DNA of 64,000 bases from Candidatus Aenigmatarchaeota archaeon (GCA_003663325.1 QMZT01000001.1:15366-79365), one strand, 5' to 3'. Numbered from the stretch's first letter, positions 53,167 to 62,200 are shown. Numbers and translations are program-made. Notes: generated from the letters alone by a model not told the origin.

Positions 53167-55434
53167 ATGAAAAAGCCGTTCGTTCTGTGGTTTAAGGAGA
53201 TAAGCAACAAAGATGTTCACCTAGTAGGTGGAAAGAATGCGTCCCTTGGGGAAATGATTTCAAAAACAAATATCCCTGTACCAGATGGGTTTGCAATAAC
53301 CTCCTATGCATATCAATATTTTATTAAAAAAAATGGGCTTGAGGATTTTATAAAGAAAAAGCTTGCTAAATTAGATACGAGCAATATTAAAATGTTAAGA
53401 AAGCTTGCTAAAGAGATAAGAAGCGCGATAAAAAATGCCAAGATGCCAAAAGAATTAGAAAGAGAAGTGCTTAAATATTACAAAAAAATGTGTAAAAGGT
53501 TTGGGAAAGAGATACTTGTTGCCGTTAGGAGCTCAGCAACCGCTGAAGATTTACCCACAGCAAGCTTTGCTGGACAACAAGAAACATATTTGAATGTTAA
53601 AGGGGACGAGCTTATAGAAAGGATAAAGGATTGCTTTGCCTCTTTGTTCACAGACAGGGCTATAAGTTATAGAGAAAACAAGGGATTCGATCATTTTAAA
53701 ATTGCACTATCTGTAGGTATAGAAAAGATGGTAAACTCTGTTGCAAGTGGGGTTATGTTTAGCATAGACCCAAACACGGGTTTTAGAAACCTTATAGTTA
53801 TAGAGGCCATTTATGGTCTTGGTGAGTATATCGTTCAGGGAAAAGTATCGCCGGATGAATACCACGTATTTAAACCAACAATGGGGGTGGTATTTAAAAA
53901 GATCGGAAGCAAGGATAAGATGCTTGTGAGGGAAGGGAATAAAACTGTAGAAAAGAGCGTAAGTAACAAAATGAGAAAAAGCTATGTGCTGAGCAATGAG
54001 GAAATAAAGGAGCTTGGAAAGTACGCTATGCTTATAGAGAGGCATTATGGAAGGCCAATGGATATGGAATGGGCAAAGGATGAAGATGGCAAGCTTTATA
54101 TAGTTCAGGCAAGACCTGAAACAGTACACGGAATTAAAACAGAGCGTATAATAAGAAAATATGTTTTGAAAGAGAAAAGCAGAGTTCTTTTGAGAGGGGA
54201 TTCTGTAGGAAGGAAGATAACAGCAGGCAAGGTCAATATAATAAAAAGCATTAAAGATATAGGAAGGTTTAAGCGGGGCCAGATCTTGGTCACAGAAATG
54301 ACGGATCCTGATTGGGAGCCTATAATGAAAATGGCATCTGGTATAATTACAGATAAAGGCGGGCTTACGTGTCATGCCGCTATAGTAAGTAGGGAGCTTG
54401 GTGTACCTGCCATAGTAGGAACAGCTAATGCTACAAAAAGATTAAAGAACGGTATGGATATTACCTTAGATTGTAGTGAAAAGGAAGGCAAGGTCTGGGA
54501 AGGCACGCTTAGGTATGAAATCGTAGAGGAGAAGGTAGAGCGTATACCTGAAACAAACACAAAGATAATGGTTAACGTTGCAACACCTGAAGAAGCTTTA
54601 CAGGCTTCACTTTTACCAGTAGATGGTGTTGGTCTGGCTAGGGAGGAGTTTATAATAAATGATCACATAGGAGAGCATCCATTGAAGATGATAGAAGAAA
54701 ACAGGGCTGATGAGTTTGTAAAAAAGCTTGCCGAAGGAATAGCAGGCATAGCCATGCCTTTTTATCCAAGAGAGGTTATAGTAAGGTTTTCTGATTTCAA
54801 AACAAATGAGTATGCAAACCTTAAAGGTGGCAAGAAATACGAACCAAAGGAAGACAATCCTATGATAGGATGGAGAGGGGCATCAAGATATATAAGCAAG
54901 GAGTTTAAGCCAGCCTTTAGGTTAGAATGCAGAGCTATTAAAATGGTTATTGATGAGTTTGGAATAAACAATTTAAGTGTTATGATACCATTTTGCAGGA
55001 CTTTGGAAGAGGCTAAGGAGGTATTAAAAATAATGAAGGAGGAAGGATTGAGCAGGAGAAAGATAAATATATATGTGATGGCTGAGATACCCTCCAATAT
55101 AATACTGGCTGAGGAATTTGCAAAGTACTTTGATGGGTTTTCGATAGGAAGTAACGATTTAACACAACTTACATTGGGTATAGATAGGGATAACGAGAGG
55201 CTTTCAAAGGAGTTTGATGAAAGGAACACGGCAGTAAAAAGATTGATAAAGGAACTTATAAGAGTAGGAAAAGAAAATAATAAATATGTGGGTATATGCG
55301 GTGAAGCACCAAGCAACTATCCTGAGATAGTAAGGTTTTTGGTTAAGAACGGCATAACCTCAATATCCGTAAATCCTGATGTTGCAATAAAAACAAAACT
55401 CATAGTCTCGGAGGTTGAGAAGAATGAAAAATGA
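53167..55434 (+). CDS. ppsA: phosphoenolpyruvate synthase (pyruvate, water dikinase)
   Basis: 'VGGKNASLGEM', phosphohistidine 'GGLTCHAAIVSRELGVPA', C-terminal PEP-utilising 'GICGEAPS'. Confidence 0.9.
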   Translation: MKKPFVLWFKEISNKDVHLVGGKNASLGEMISKTNIPVPDGFAITSYAYQYFIKKNGLEDFIKKKLAKLDTSNIKMLRKLAKEIRSAIKNAKMPKELEREVLKYYKKMCKRFGKEILVAVRSSATAEDLPTASFAGQQETYLNVKGDELIERIKDCFASLFTDRAISYRENKGFDHFKIALSVGIEKMVNSVASGVMFSIDPNTGFRNLIVIEAIYGLGEYIVQGKVSPDEYHVFKPTMGVVFKKIGSKDKMLVREGNKTVEKSVSNKMRKSYVLSNEEIKELGKYAMLIERHYGRPMDMEWAKDEDGKLYIVQARPETVHGIKTERIIRKYVLKEKSRVLLRGDSVGRKITAGKVNIIKSIKDIGRFKRGQILVTEMTDPDWEPIMKMASGIITDKGGLTCHAAIVSRELGVPAIVGTANATKRLKNGMDITLDCSEKEGKVWEGTLRYEIVEEKVERIPETNTKIMVNVATPEEALQASLLPVDGVGLAREEFIINDHIGEHPLKMIEENRADEFVKKLAEGIAGIAMPFYPREVIVRFSDFKTNEYANLKGGKKYEPKEDNPMIGWRGASRYISKEFKPAFRLECRAIKMVIDEFGINNLSVMIPFCRTLEEAKEVLKIMKEEGLSRRKINIYVMAEIPSNIILAEEFAKYFDGFSIGSNDLTQLTLGIDRDNERLSKEFDERNTAVKRLIKELIRVGKENNKYVGICGEAPSNYPEIVRFLVKNGITSISVNPDVAIKTKLIVSEVEKNEK

Positions 55435-56365
55435 GCTTGGGGATGTTTATGATCTTATTATAATAGGATGTGGCCCTGCAGGGCTAAGTGCAGCACTTAC
55501 AGCTTGCTATTTAAAGCTTAAGCATATAGTGCTTGAGGCAAATATAGCTGGTGGTGCCCCTATACAAGCCTATCCTTGGAAGATGGTGGACTCTTTTTTG
55601 GGCTTTAAAGATGCTAAAGGGAGCAAGGTTGCAAAGATTATGGTAGAGCATGTGAAAAAAGAAGGTAGTGAGATAAAGGAAGGAGAGGAGGTAAAGGAAA
55701 TAAGAAAAAACAAAGGTGTGTTTGAGGTCTTAACAGAAAAAAACGTGTATAAAGCAAGATGTGTACTTATTGCAACAGGAACTATAGGGACGCCCAGAAA
55801 ATTGGGAATAAAAGGTGAGGCTAACGTTCATGTTCATTACTCTATACGTGACCCTTCTGAGTTTAAGGGAAAAACCGTTATTGTTGTTGGTGGTGGTGAC
55901 TCTGCTGTAGAAGCTGCGCTTGCGCTTAAAGGATGTGGTGCAGATGTAACACTTATCCATAGAAGAGACGAATTGAGGGCAAGTGAAAAAAACAAAGAGG
56001 AAATAAAGAGGAGTGGTATAGAGATTCTTTGGAACACAGAGCTTAAAGAGGTTATCGGCGATGATAAAATAGAGAAGGTATTGCTTTACAACAATAAAAG
56101 TGGTGCTGTGAGCCAAAAAAAGGTTAGTGATGTATTTATTTTTATAGGATCTGTATTAAACACAGACTTCATAAAAAATCTGGGCATAAAGATGGAGGAG
56201 AACAAAGTTTTGGTGGATAGGGATATGAAGACAAGTGTAGATGGGGTGTATGCAGCTGGCGATATAACAGGGATATTGAAAAGAATACCAGAGGCTATAG
56301 GAGAGGGTCACCTCGCTGTATACTCTATATTTAAATATTTAAGGCAACCATATTGGGCAAAGTGA
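55424..56365 (+). CDS. FAD/NAD(P)-dependent oxidoreductase, thioredoxin-reductase-like but without CxxC
   Basis: 'YDLIIIGCGPAGLSAAL', 'VVGGGDSAVEAAL', 'VYAAGDITG'. No redox CxxC seen. ATG overlaps the end of ppsA. Confidence 0.7.
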   Translation: MKNELGDVYDLIIIGCGPAGLSAALTACYLKLKHIVLEANIAGGAPIQAYPWKMVDSFLGFKDAKGSKVAKIMVEHVKKEGSEIKEGEEVKEIRKNKGVFEVLTEKNVYKARCVLIATGTIGTPRKLGIKGEANVHVHYSIRDPSEFKGKTVIVVGGGDSAVEAALALKGCGADVTLIHRRDELRASEKNKEEIKRSGIEILWNTELKEVIGDDKIEKVLLYNNKSGAVSQKKVSDVFIFIGSVLNTDFIKNLGIKMEENKVLVDRDMKTSVDGVYAAGDITGILKRIPEAIGEGHLAVYSIFKYLRQPYWAK

Positions 56366-56369
56366 TAAA

Positions 56370-56867
56370 ATGAAGATCATTATGGCGTTCAGCAGTGGCG
56401 ATAATAGTGCTGAAGCTATCATAGACCTCTTACTAAGCAGGAGCAAGAAAAAGTTTTATAATGTAAAATTGAGCGATGTATCAAAGGTGAAAAGCTTCGA
56501 TATCTTTGAGCTTGCCTCTCTTAAGGTGCCAGATGTTGTTACTGAAAAGCTTGAAAACAGGGTATCGGAGATGATTAGAAAGGGTAAAAAGCACTTAATT
56601 ATTAGCGGTCAGCTTTCTATCATAACGAAGTATGGATATGTGCCACTAATAAACATAGAGGGATGTAAAAATCTAAACCCGTGGATGATAATATTTTTTG
56701 ATATAATAGGAAGTGATAGCAGGGGTGATCAGCAAAGTATGGATAGGCAGTATGCCCTTTTATTATCAACAATAACAGAATCCTTTTTAAAGACTATAAA
56801 GGTTGATATTAAAAATATAAATAAATCCATTAAAGAATTAAGCAATATTATAAAGGAGATGGTTTAA
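56370..56867 (+). CDS. hypothetical protein
   Basis: 165-aa ORF. Its stop overlaps the start of the next gene. No motif recognised. Confidence 0.4.
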   Translation: MKIIMAFSSGDNSAEAIIDLLLSRSKKKFYNVKLSDVSKVKSFDIFELASLKVPDVVTEKLENRVSEMIRKGKKHLIISGQLSIITKYGYVPLINIEGCKNLNPWMIIFFDIIGSDSRGDQQSMDRQYALLLSTITESFLKTIKVDIKNINKSIKELSNIIKEMV

Positions 56868-57286
56868 TGACACAAATTCTTGAGCTCACCATTTTGTCCA
56901 TAGTGATATCATTTATTACGATGTTAATATACAGGCTCATGACCGATCCAAAGAAGATGAAAGAAATAAAGGATAACCTCTCCCATTACAAAAAACTTTT
57001 TAACAAGGCACAAAAAAGCAACGATATGGAGAAGGCACAGAAATATATGGGGGAGATCATGAAGCTTAATCAACACATTCTAAGGATTAATATGAGGCCT
57101 ATGCTCATTTCAATGATAATTGTTATATTAGCAATCACGTATTTGGGTAATGTATATAAAGGCATAACTATAGCATTGCCTTTTAGCTTGCCGTTTCTTG
57201 GTAAAGAGATCGGCTGGTTCTGGTGGTATGTAATTGTTTCTTTCTCTTCAACGCTTGTGATAAGGAATATACTTGGTGTTGAATAG
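56867..57286 (+). CDS. DUF106/EMC3-TMCO1-like membrane protein (archaeal YidC/Oxa1-like insertase candidate)
   Basis: TM1, then a Lys-rich coiled hairpin ('DPKKMKEIKDNLSHYKKLFNKAQKSNDMEKAQKYMGEIMKLNQ'), then two TMs, the Mj0480-like topology. Confidence 0.55.
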   Translation: MTQILELTILSIVISFITMLIYRLMTDPKKMKEIKDNLSHYKKLFNKAQKSNDMEKAQKYMGEIMKLNQHILRINMRPMLISMIIVILAITYLGNVYKGITIALPFSLPFLGKEIGWFWWYVIVSFSSTLVIRNILGVE

Positions 57287-57295
57287 CTTATATAA

Positions 57296-58996
57296 TTACA
57301 TTCTAGAGTATATAGCATAAAGGATTACATAATAGATTATAATATAAATGCCTGTATACGCAATATCTATGAATATTTCATACCAATTTAGCGTATAAAA
57401 CATGAATCTTTCCAAAATTCTTATTGAGAGCGAGAGTGGCATATATGTTGAGACAGGCTTTATGTAATCTGGAAATGCTTCACGAGGGATAAAGATACCA
57501 GAAAGAAATATCATAGGTGTTACAAATATAAGAGATGCAAGTATGGTGGTGCTTTCAGTTTTTGAGAAAGAGGCAATAATAAGCCCAAGCAAAACAAATA
57601 TTATTATAGATAGCGAGCATGCAAAGAATGTTGTAATTATCATAGCTGGTGGCATATATATATTTAGAAAAATTATGCTCGAGATAATTACTAGTGGAAG
57701 GGGTATTAGGGATATGAGGTAATTAAAAAGTAATTTCTCGCCGATAAAAAACGCAGGAGAGACGGGGGCTATCTTTAATCTTTCTAGAATACCGGAAATA
57801 CGCAGCCTTATAAATGATATGGATGAAAGGAATGTTGAGATGAGCATAAATATGATTATAAGAATACCTGGATAAACGAAATCTATAAACCTTCGCTCTC
57901 CGAAAAAGTTTACTGTATTAAATGTTACATACTCTGCTATCCTTTCGGACCCTTTCTTCTTTAGTAGCTCAATATACCTCTTCACGCTGTTTATCTTTAA
58001 AAGTATAATATACAAGTTGTCATTTATTTGATCTATTTCCCTGCTAACATTATCTATTTTCTTATAGATGTATTCAACATTTTCCTTTGCATCAGAAACA
58101 CCTTCTTCCATTTCGTCACCAAGCCTACCTATATCACCCTCTATATCTTCCTCTACGCTTCCTATAGATTCAGCAAATATGATAAGCTTTGTTAGGATTG
58201 TGCTTATATTTGCTAGTGTCTCATCCAGCTCTTTTGTACTTATATTGTAAGCCTTCATTATTTGCTTTGTTTCATTTAGTGTATAGCTTGCTTTGCTAAA
58301 CGAATCCCTGCATGTAATAAGCTCGTTTTTAAAAGAACTCATATTTTGCTTTACCACCGAGAGCTTGTATTCAAGTTCTTTAATAGCCAGACGAGAATAC
58401 AGTTTATCTATTGCTGTTTCTGTTACTTTCAACCTTGCCTTTATATCCTCAAGGTAATTTTTAAACAATTCTATGCGTTTCAGCATATATTCAATATTAT
58501 TCTCAACCGATGAGAGCTCATAGGTTATATTATCGGCCCTTCTTATCATGTAATTGACAACAGATTGTGTAAGCGCTCTTGATAATTGATTGGATATGGT
58601 TTCAAAATACGAAGTTATATAGATGCTCACAGGCTTCGTATTATCTACGTATACATCTATAACAGCTCCAGAATCACTCTCATTTACCAGCACACCACCC
58701 TTTATTTCTGATCTCTGAAGCAAGGCGCCTATCAGCTTTCTACATCCTCCCTTAACCTCCCTTACTAAAAACATATTGCTTCCAGAAACAGTTTCAAGAA
58801 GACTATCGTATATTATGCCTTCGCTGTGCCCTTCTTTACATATTACTAGTGGAACCTTGCTTGGCCCTGTAGTTATAAATGCCGTACCTATTATAAGTGT
58901 TATGAGTAGTGGGCTAACAAATATGAGCAGAAAACTTCTTATATCCCTTAAGAAATGTATAATGTCCCGGGATAATATATAAGCCAACCTTCTCAT
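57296..58996 (-). CDS. ABC-2-type transporter permease with large extracytoplasmic helical insert
   Basis: One N-terminal TM, a roughly 330-aa soluble insert rich in heptad-like repeats, then a C-terminal multi-TM ABC-2 block. 4-nt overlap with the ATPase gene. Confidence 0.7.
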   Translation of the reverse strand: MRRLAYILSRDIIHFLRDIRSFLLIFVSPLLITLIIGTAFITTGPSKVPLVICKEGHSEGIIYDSLLETVSGSNMFLVREVKGGCRKLIGALLQRSEIKGGVLVNESDSGAVIDVYVDNTKPVSIYITSYFETISNQLSRALTQSVVNYMIRRADNITYELSSVENNIEYMLKRIELFKNYLEDIKARLKVTETAIDKLYSRLAIKELEYKLSVVKQNMSSFKNELITCRDSFSKASYTLNETKQIMKAYNISTKELDETLANISTILTKLIIFAESIGSVEEDIEGDIGRLGDEMEEGVSDAKENVEYIYKKIDNVSREIDQINDNLYIILLKINSVKRYIELLKKKGSERIAEYVTFNTVNFFGERRFIDFVYPGILIIIFMLISTFLSSISFIRLRISGILERLKIAPVSPAFFIGEKLLFNYLISLIPLPLVIISSIIFLNIYMPPAMIITTFFACSLSIIIFVLLGLIIASFSKTESTTILASLIFVTPMIFLSGIFIPREAFPDYIKPVSTYMPLSLSIRILERFMFYTLNWYEIFIDIAYTGIYIIIYYVILYAIYSRM

Positions 58997-59688
58997 AAAA
59001 ATTCACCATAACTCATAAATCTTTCTGCATTCATAACATCACCTTCATACACCATACAACCATTTTCCACAACTATGACCCTATCGCAAAGGTATTCTGC
59101 CTCTTCCATTATATTGGTTGAGATTACAACAGATACCCCGCTACTTTTTATAGATTTTATAAGCTCCCATAACTCCTTCCTTCTCGCTGGATCTAAACCG
59201 AGACTTGGTTCATCCAGCAACAATATCTTTGGGCCGTGCAGCATGGCACACGCTATATTAAGCCTTCTTTTCATACCACCAGAAAGATTCTCAGCGAGCA
59301 CATCTTTTTTATCCCATAACCTGAAATATTTGGCTGCGGTTTCTGCAACATCCTCTATATTTTCAACCCCGTAGAGGTGTGCAAAGTATTTTAAGTTCTC
59401 GCTAACACTTAGCTTTTCAAAGAAGCTGTTATCCTGAGGTGAATAACCTATACTGCTCCTGTACTCTTTGCTTTTAATATCAACATCATTACCATTCATT
59501 AAAATACGCCCCGAGTCTGGCTTTATTATACCAGCTATAACCTTAAGTATTGTTGTTTTACCCGAACCGTTATGCCCTATAAGCCCTACGATCTCCTCCC
59601 TATTCACAACCATAGAAAAAGAATCCAATGCCTTGAATTTTCTATAAAATACAGAAATATTTATAAGATGGAGCAAAGCGTTCATCAT
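58993..59688 (-). CDS. ABC transporter ATP-binding protein
   Basis: Walker A 'GHNGSGKTT', signature 'LSGGMKRRL', Walker B 'ILLLDEPS'. Confidence 0.9.
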   Translation of the reverse strand: MMNALLHLINISVFYRKFKALDSFSMVVNREEIVGLIGHNGSGKTTILKVIAGIIKPDSGRILMNGNDVDIKSKEYRSSIGYSPQDNSFFEKLSVSENLKYFAHLYGVENIEDVAETAAKYFRLWDKKDVLAENLSGGMKRRLNIACAMLHGPKILLLDEPSLGLDPARRKELWELIKSIKSSGVSVVISTNIMEEAEYLCDRVIVVENGCMVYEGDVMNAERFMSYGEFL

Positions 59689-59727
59689 ATTTAATTTTAC
59701 TAAATAAAATAAAAAAAGAAAAAAGGC

Positions 59728-59955
59728 TTAGATAAGCTCTTGCTCCAACTCGCTAGTATTCTCGCTTTCATTTTGCAATTCACTCTCAAACAACTTATCG
59801 ATTTCTTCCTCTATATTCTCTTCATACCCCTTGTACCCCTTTATACTAACACCACTCTGTCCTTTCTTGATCTGTTCAGCGATCTGCTTTTGCTGCACAC
59901 AACCGCTTACTATCATTACTATTAGTAACAGAGCAAGCATCACTATTATCCTCAC
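59728..59955 (-). CDS. small acidic lipoprotein-like protein
   Basis: 'MRIIVMLALLLIVMIVSGC' (lipobox-like SGC), then a Glu-rich tail. Confidence 0.45.
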   Translation of the reverse strand: MRIIVMLALLLIVMIVSGCVQQKQIAEQIKKGQSGVSIKGYKGYEENIEEEIDKLFESELQNESENTSELEQELI

Positions 59956-59956
59956 G

Positions 59957-60832
59957 CTACCACCCGCTTCTTCTAGTTTGTAACCTTCTTGTTACATTTA
60001 TAACTCTTCCTCTAACCCTTCTAAGCCATGCAGGCATTCTTTCTTTAATTACCCTCTTTACTCTCTCTTTAATCTTTATTATTTTTGGATATGCCCTTAC
60101 AAGCCTTTCGCAAACCTTTTCGTCTGGATTTTTCTTGCAATACTCCTTCAGCTCTTCCCTGCACCTTACATCATCTGTTCTTACTGAACAGTATGCATTT
60201 TTCAATGCAATACATCTCCTATCATTTGGGTGTCTCTCGCAGAAATTCTTTATCTTTTCCCTGCATCCTTCAAGACTTGGATCATCACAGAGCTCCCTAC
60301 CTACACCCTTTATAGCTGCTTTACACTTCCTTGGATTATCTTTGCAATACTCTTTAATTTTGTTTGCAAATTCTACTGGCTTTAACCTTCTTTTATATCC
60401 TATTATGTAAACATTGTAGCGCTGCGTACCATTTTCTTCTATCACAAGATCTCCTGCCCAAACCTCGCTGTTTCCCTTTATATATGAGTCAAGGCTAATA
60501 GCTCCTACTGGACTACCGGCTGAATAGATAACCCCTGAGAATGTACCATTAGAGTAGGTTATATTCCTTATTCTGTATTTGTCTGCACCCATGTACAAAA
60601 TACCTCCAAGAGCTGATACAACCCTTCCTCTTAATCTTGCGACAACCCTGCCAGCAGAAATCTTCACAAGCTCAAAATCCATGGGATTATCCTTGCTTAT
60701 AGCTATTCCTTTACCTATTACTATAAGTGTGCCTATCCTTGGCCTTGCTTGCACAACTACTTGTGCCGCTGATAAAACAACAGAAACACTTAGCACTGCT
60801 AAAACAACCATTGCTATTAGCATCTTATTCAT
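59957..60832 (-). CDS. secreted protein with C-terminal basic Cys-pair repeats
   Basis: Signal 'MNKMLIAMVVLAVLSVSVVLSAA'. Repeated 'C(K/E)(D/R/K)(N/H)P..(K/R).C' units ('CKDNPRKC', 'CERHPNDRRC', 'CKKNPDEKVC'). Confidence 0.5.
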   Translation of the reverse strand: MNKMLIAMVVLAVLSVSVVLSAAQVVVQARPRIGTLIVIGKGIAISKDNPMDFELVKISAGRVVARLRGRVVSALGGILYMGADKYRIRNITYSNGTFSGVIYSAGSPVGAISLDSYIKGNSEVWAGDLVIEENGTQRYNVYIIGYKRRLKPVEFANKIKEYCKDNPRKCKAAIKGVGRELCDDPSLEGCREKIKNFCERHPNDRRCIALKNAYCSVRTDDVRCREELKEYCKKNPDEKVCERLVRAYPKIIKIKERVKRVIKERMPAWLRRVRGRVINVTRRLQTRRSGW

Positions 60833-60925
60833 TTATTTCACCTATTTTATTATTTCTCTGCGACAGTATAAAAAGGTTTATTGAAAAAATTTTATGTGGC
60901 TTGTTAGCAAAGAATTTTTTATACG

Positions 60926-61783
60926 ATGCTTGATAAATTAATTATGAAGCTTTTGATTGTAACAACAGAAAAGGATAAATCATGCGAAAGGATAATAGAG
61001 GAAGCTGTTAAAAGAAAGATCATAGTTAGGAGGGTTTTTTACAGTGATATGTGTTTGCATAGGCTGGAGGCAAAAAATTTTACCAAGTTTGATTTTTGCA
61101 TATTGAGAGATCCCTATAACACAGGGAAAGACTTCTCCATCTATCTCAGAACAATTATGCGTTTCTTTAAAGGCAATGTATTAGATTTTAATACGTACAT
61201 GCACTATCCATTTTATGAAGACAAGCTCTTTCAACATCTTTTGTTTAGGGATATCGCAAGAATGCCTCGCTTTTGGCATTATAATTCCAATGTAATGGTG
61301 GATATAGACACATTTCCAGTTGTTGTAAAAAAGAGAATTGGAAGCAGAGGAAGGGATATTTTCTTGATAAAAAATGAAGGTGAGCTGAGATCGTTTTTAT
61401 CTGGAAAAGAAGTTCATGAGTATCTTTTTGAGGAGCGGATAAAGGTTAGGAAAGATATAAGAGTTGTGGTTTTGGGTAACAAGGTTATTGGTGCTGTGGA
61501 AAGAGAGGTAAGATTTAAAGAAAGAGCCGGCTACAGAGGTATTGGTGTTAAGGTATCTAGCAGATACAAGATTCAAAAAGATATGAAGGAAAAGGCGTTA
61601 ATAGTAGCTAAAAGGATGGAATGTGATTTTTGTGGAATAGATTTCATAGTAGATGATAATGGAAAGGGATACCTGTTAGAATGCAATGTTTCGCCACAAT
61701 TCACATCTTCAGAGCGTGTACTAAATATAAATATAGCAGGAAAATTGGTGGAGTATATAGTAGGAAAAATCAAAGAGCAATAA
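60926..61783 (+). CDS. ATP-grasp ligase (RimK/LysX-like)
   Basis: 'VVVKKRIGSRGRDIFLI', 'FEERI', 'IRVVVLG', 'CGIDFIVDDNGKGYLLECNVSP'. Confidence 0.7.
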   Translation: MLDKLIMKLLIVTTEKDKSCERIIEEAVKRKIIVRRVFYSDMCLHRLEAKNFTKFDFCILRDPYNTGKDFSIYLRTIMRFFKGNVLDFNTYMHYPFYEDKLFQHLLFRDIARMPRFWHYNSNVMVDIDTFPVVVKKRIGSRGRDIFLIKNEGELRSFLSGKEVHEYLFEERIKVRKDIRVVVLGNKVIGAVEREVRFKERAGYRGIGVKVSSRYKIQKDMKEKALIVAKRMECDFCGIDFIVDDNGKGYLLECNVSPQFTSSERVLNINIAGKLVEYIVGKIKEQ

Positions 61784-61807
61784 GTTATTGGGATGGGGCT
61801 GCTGGGA

Positions 61808-61878
61808 TTTCCGAGCCTTTCATATTTCTTTCCCGAGGGTTTCTTTGCGGAAGCGTTAGCTCCCGTAAAGAAAGGCTC
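61808..61878 (-). other. tRNA-Trp intron 2 (71 nt, T-loop 59/60)
   Basis: Textbook hBHBh'. T stem CTGGG/CCCAG, bulge AA|T, 4-bp helix TTCG/CGGA, bulge AA|G, 8-bp inner helix AGCCTTTC/GAAAGGCT. Confidence 0.8.
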
Positions 61879-61899
61879 TTCGAACCCAGGTATGCGGGT

Positions 61900-62011
61900 A
61901 TCCCTTTATCATCAGGCATGCTTCATTATACCCATCAGCGCTCCAGCATTTTTATATTTCTTTGGCTGAAGCCTTTCTTGAGGAAGCATTAGCTCCCGTA
62001 AAAAGGCTTCA
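61900..62011 (-). other. tRNA-Trp intron 1 (112 nt, 37/38)
   Basis: Relaxed BHB: bulge AT|A38, helix C32-G/U33.G/C34-G, bulge AG|T. A 9-bp hairpin GAAGCCTTT/AAAGGCTTC follows immediately. The intron carries a C/D-like module. Confidence 0.7.
61909..61950 (-). ncRNA. C/D-box-like methylation guide module inside tRNA-Trp intron 1 (predicted target C34)
   Basis: Minus strand reads AATGCTGGAGCG-CTGA-(20 nt)-TGATGA. CTGGAGC is complementary to tRNA positions 31-37 (GCTCCAG). The 5th nucleotide upstream of CTGA pairs with C34. Confidence 0.5.
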
Positions 62012-62200
62012 CTGGAGCCCGCCAGGATGCCAAGCTACCTCACAGCCCCATGTACGATTAACTTATTTTTCTGAATTTATTTAAATTTTTTAAGATATTA
62101 ATTAAATAGTGATGTGATGCCGTCCCAATGGAAAATAGAGGGATGAGGAAAGAAGGTTTTTCTAGTTTTGTTTCTGTTAAAGTGATAAAGGAGGTGAAAA

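Larger units (their letters stand above)
61794..62049 (-). tRNA. tRNA-Trp(CCA) with two introns (37/38 and T-loop 59/60)
   Basis: Exons 62012-62049, 61879-61899 and 61794-61807 join to 73 nt. Acceptor GGGGCTG/CAGCCCC. Anticodon stem GCGGG/CCCGC with loop CTCCAGA. T arm CTGGG-TTCGAAT-CCCAG. Discriminator A. Confidence 0.85.

Noticed and set aside
61681-61992. 103-aa plus-strand ORF and 72-aa minus-strand ORF (62303-62521) over the GC-rich islands
   Set aside because: Both run through tRNA-Trp and tRNA-Arg respectively. The GC-rich structured RNA sequence simply lacks stop codons.
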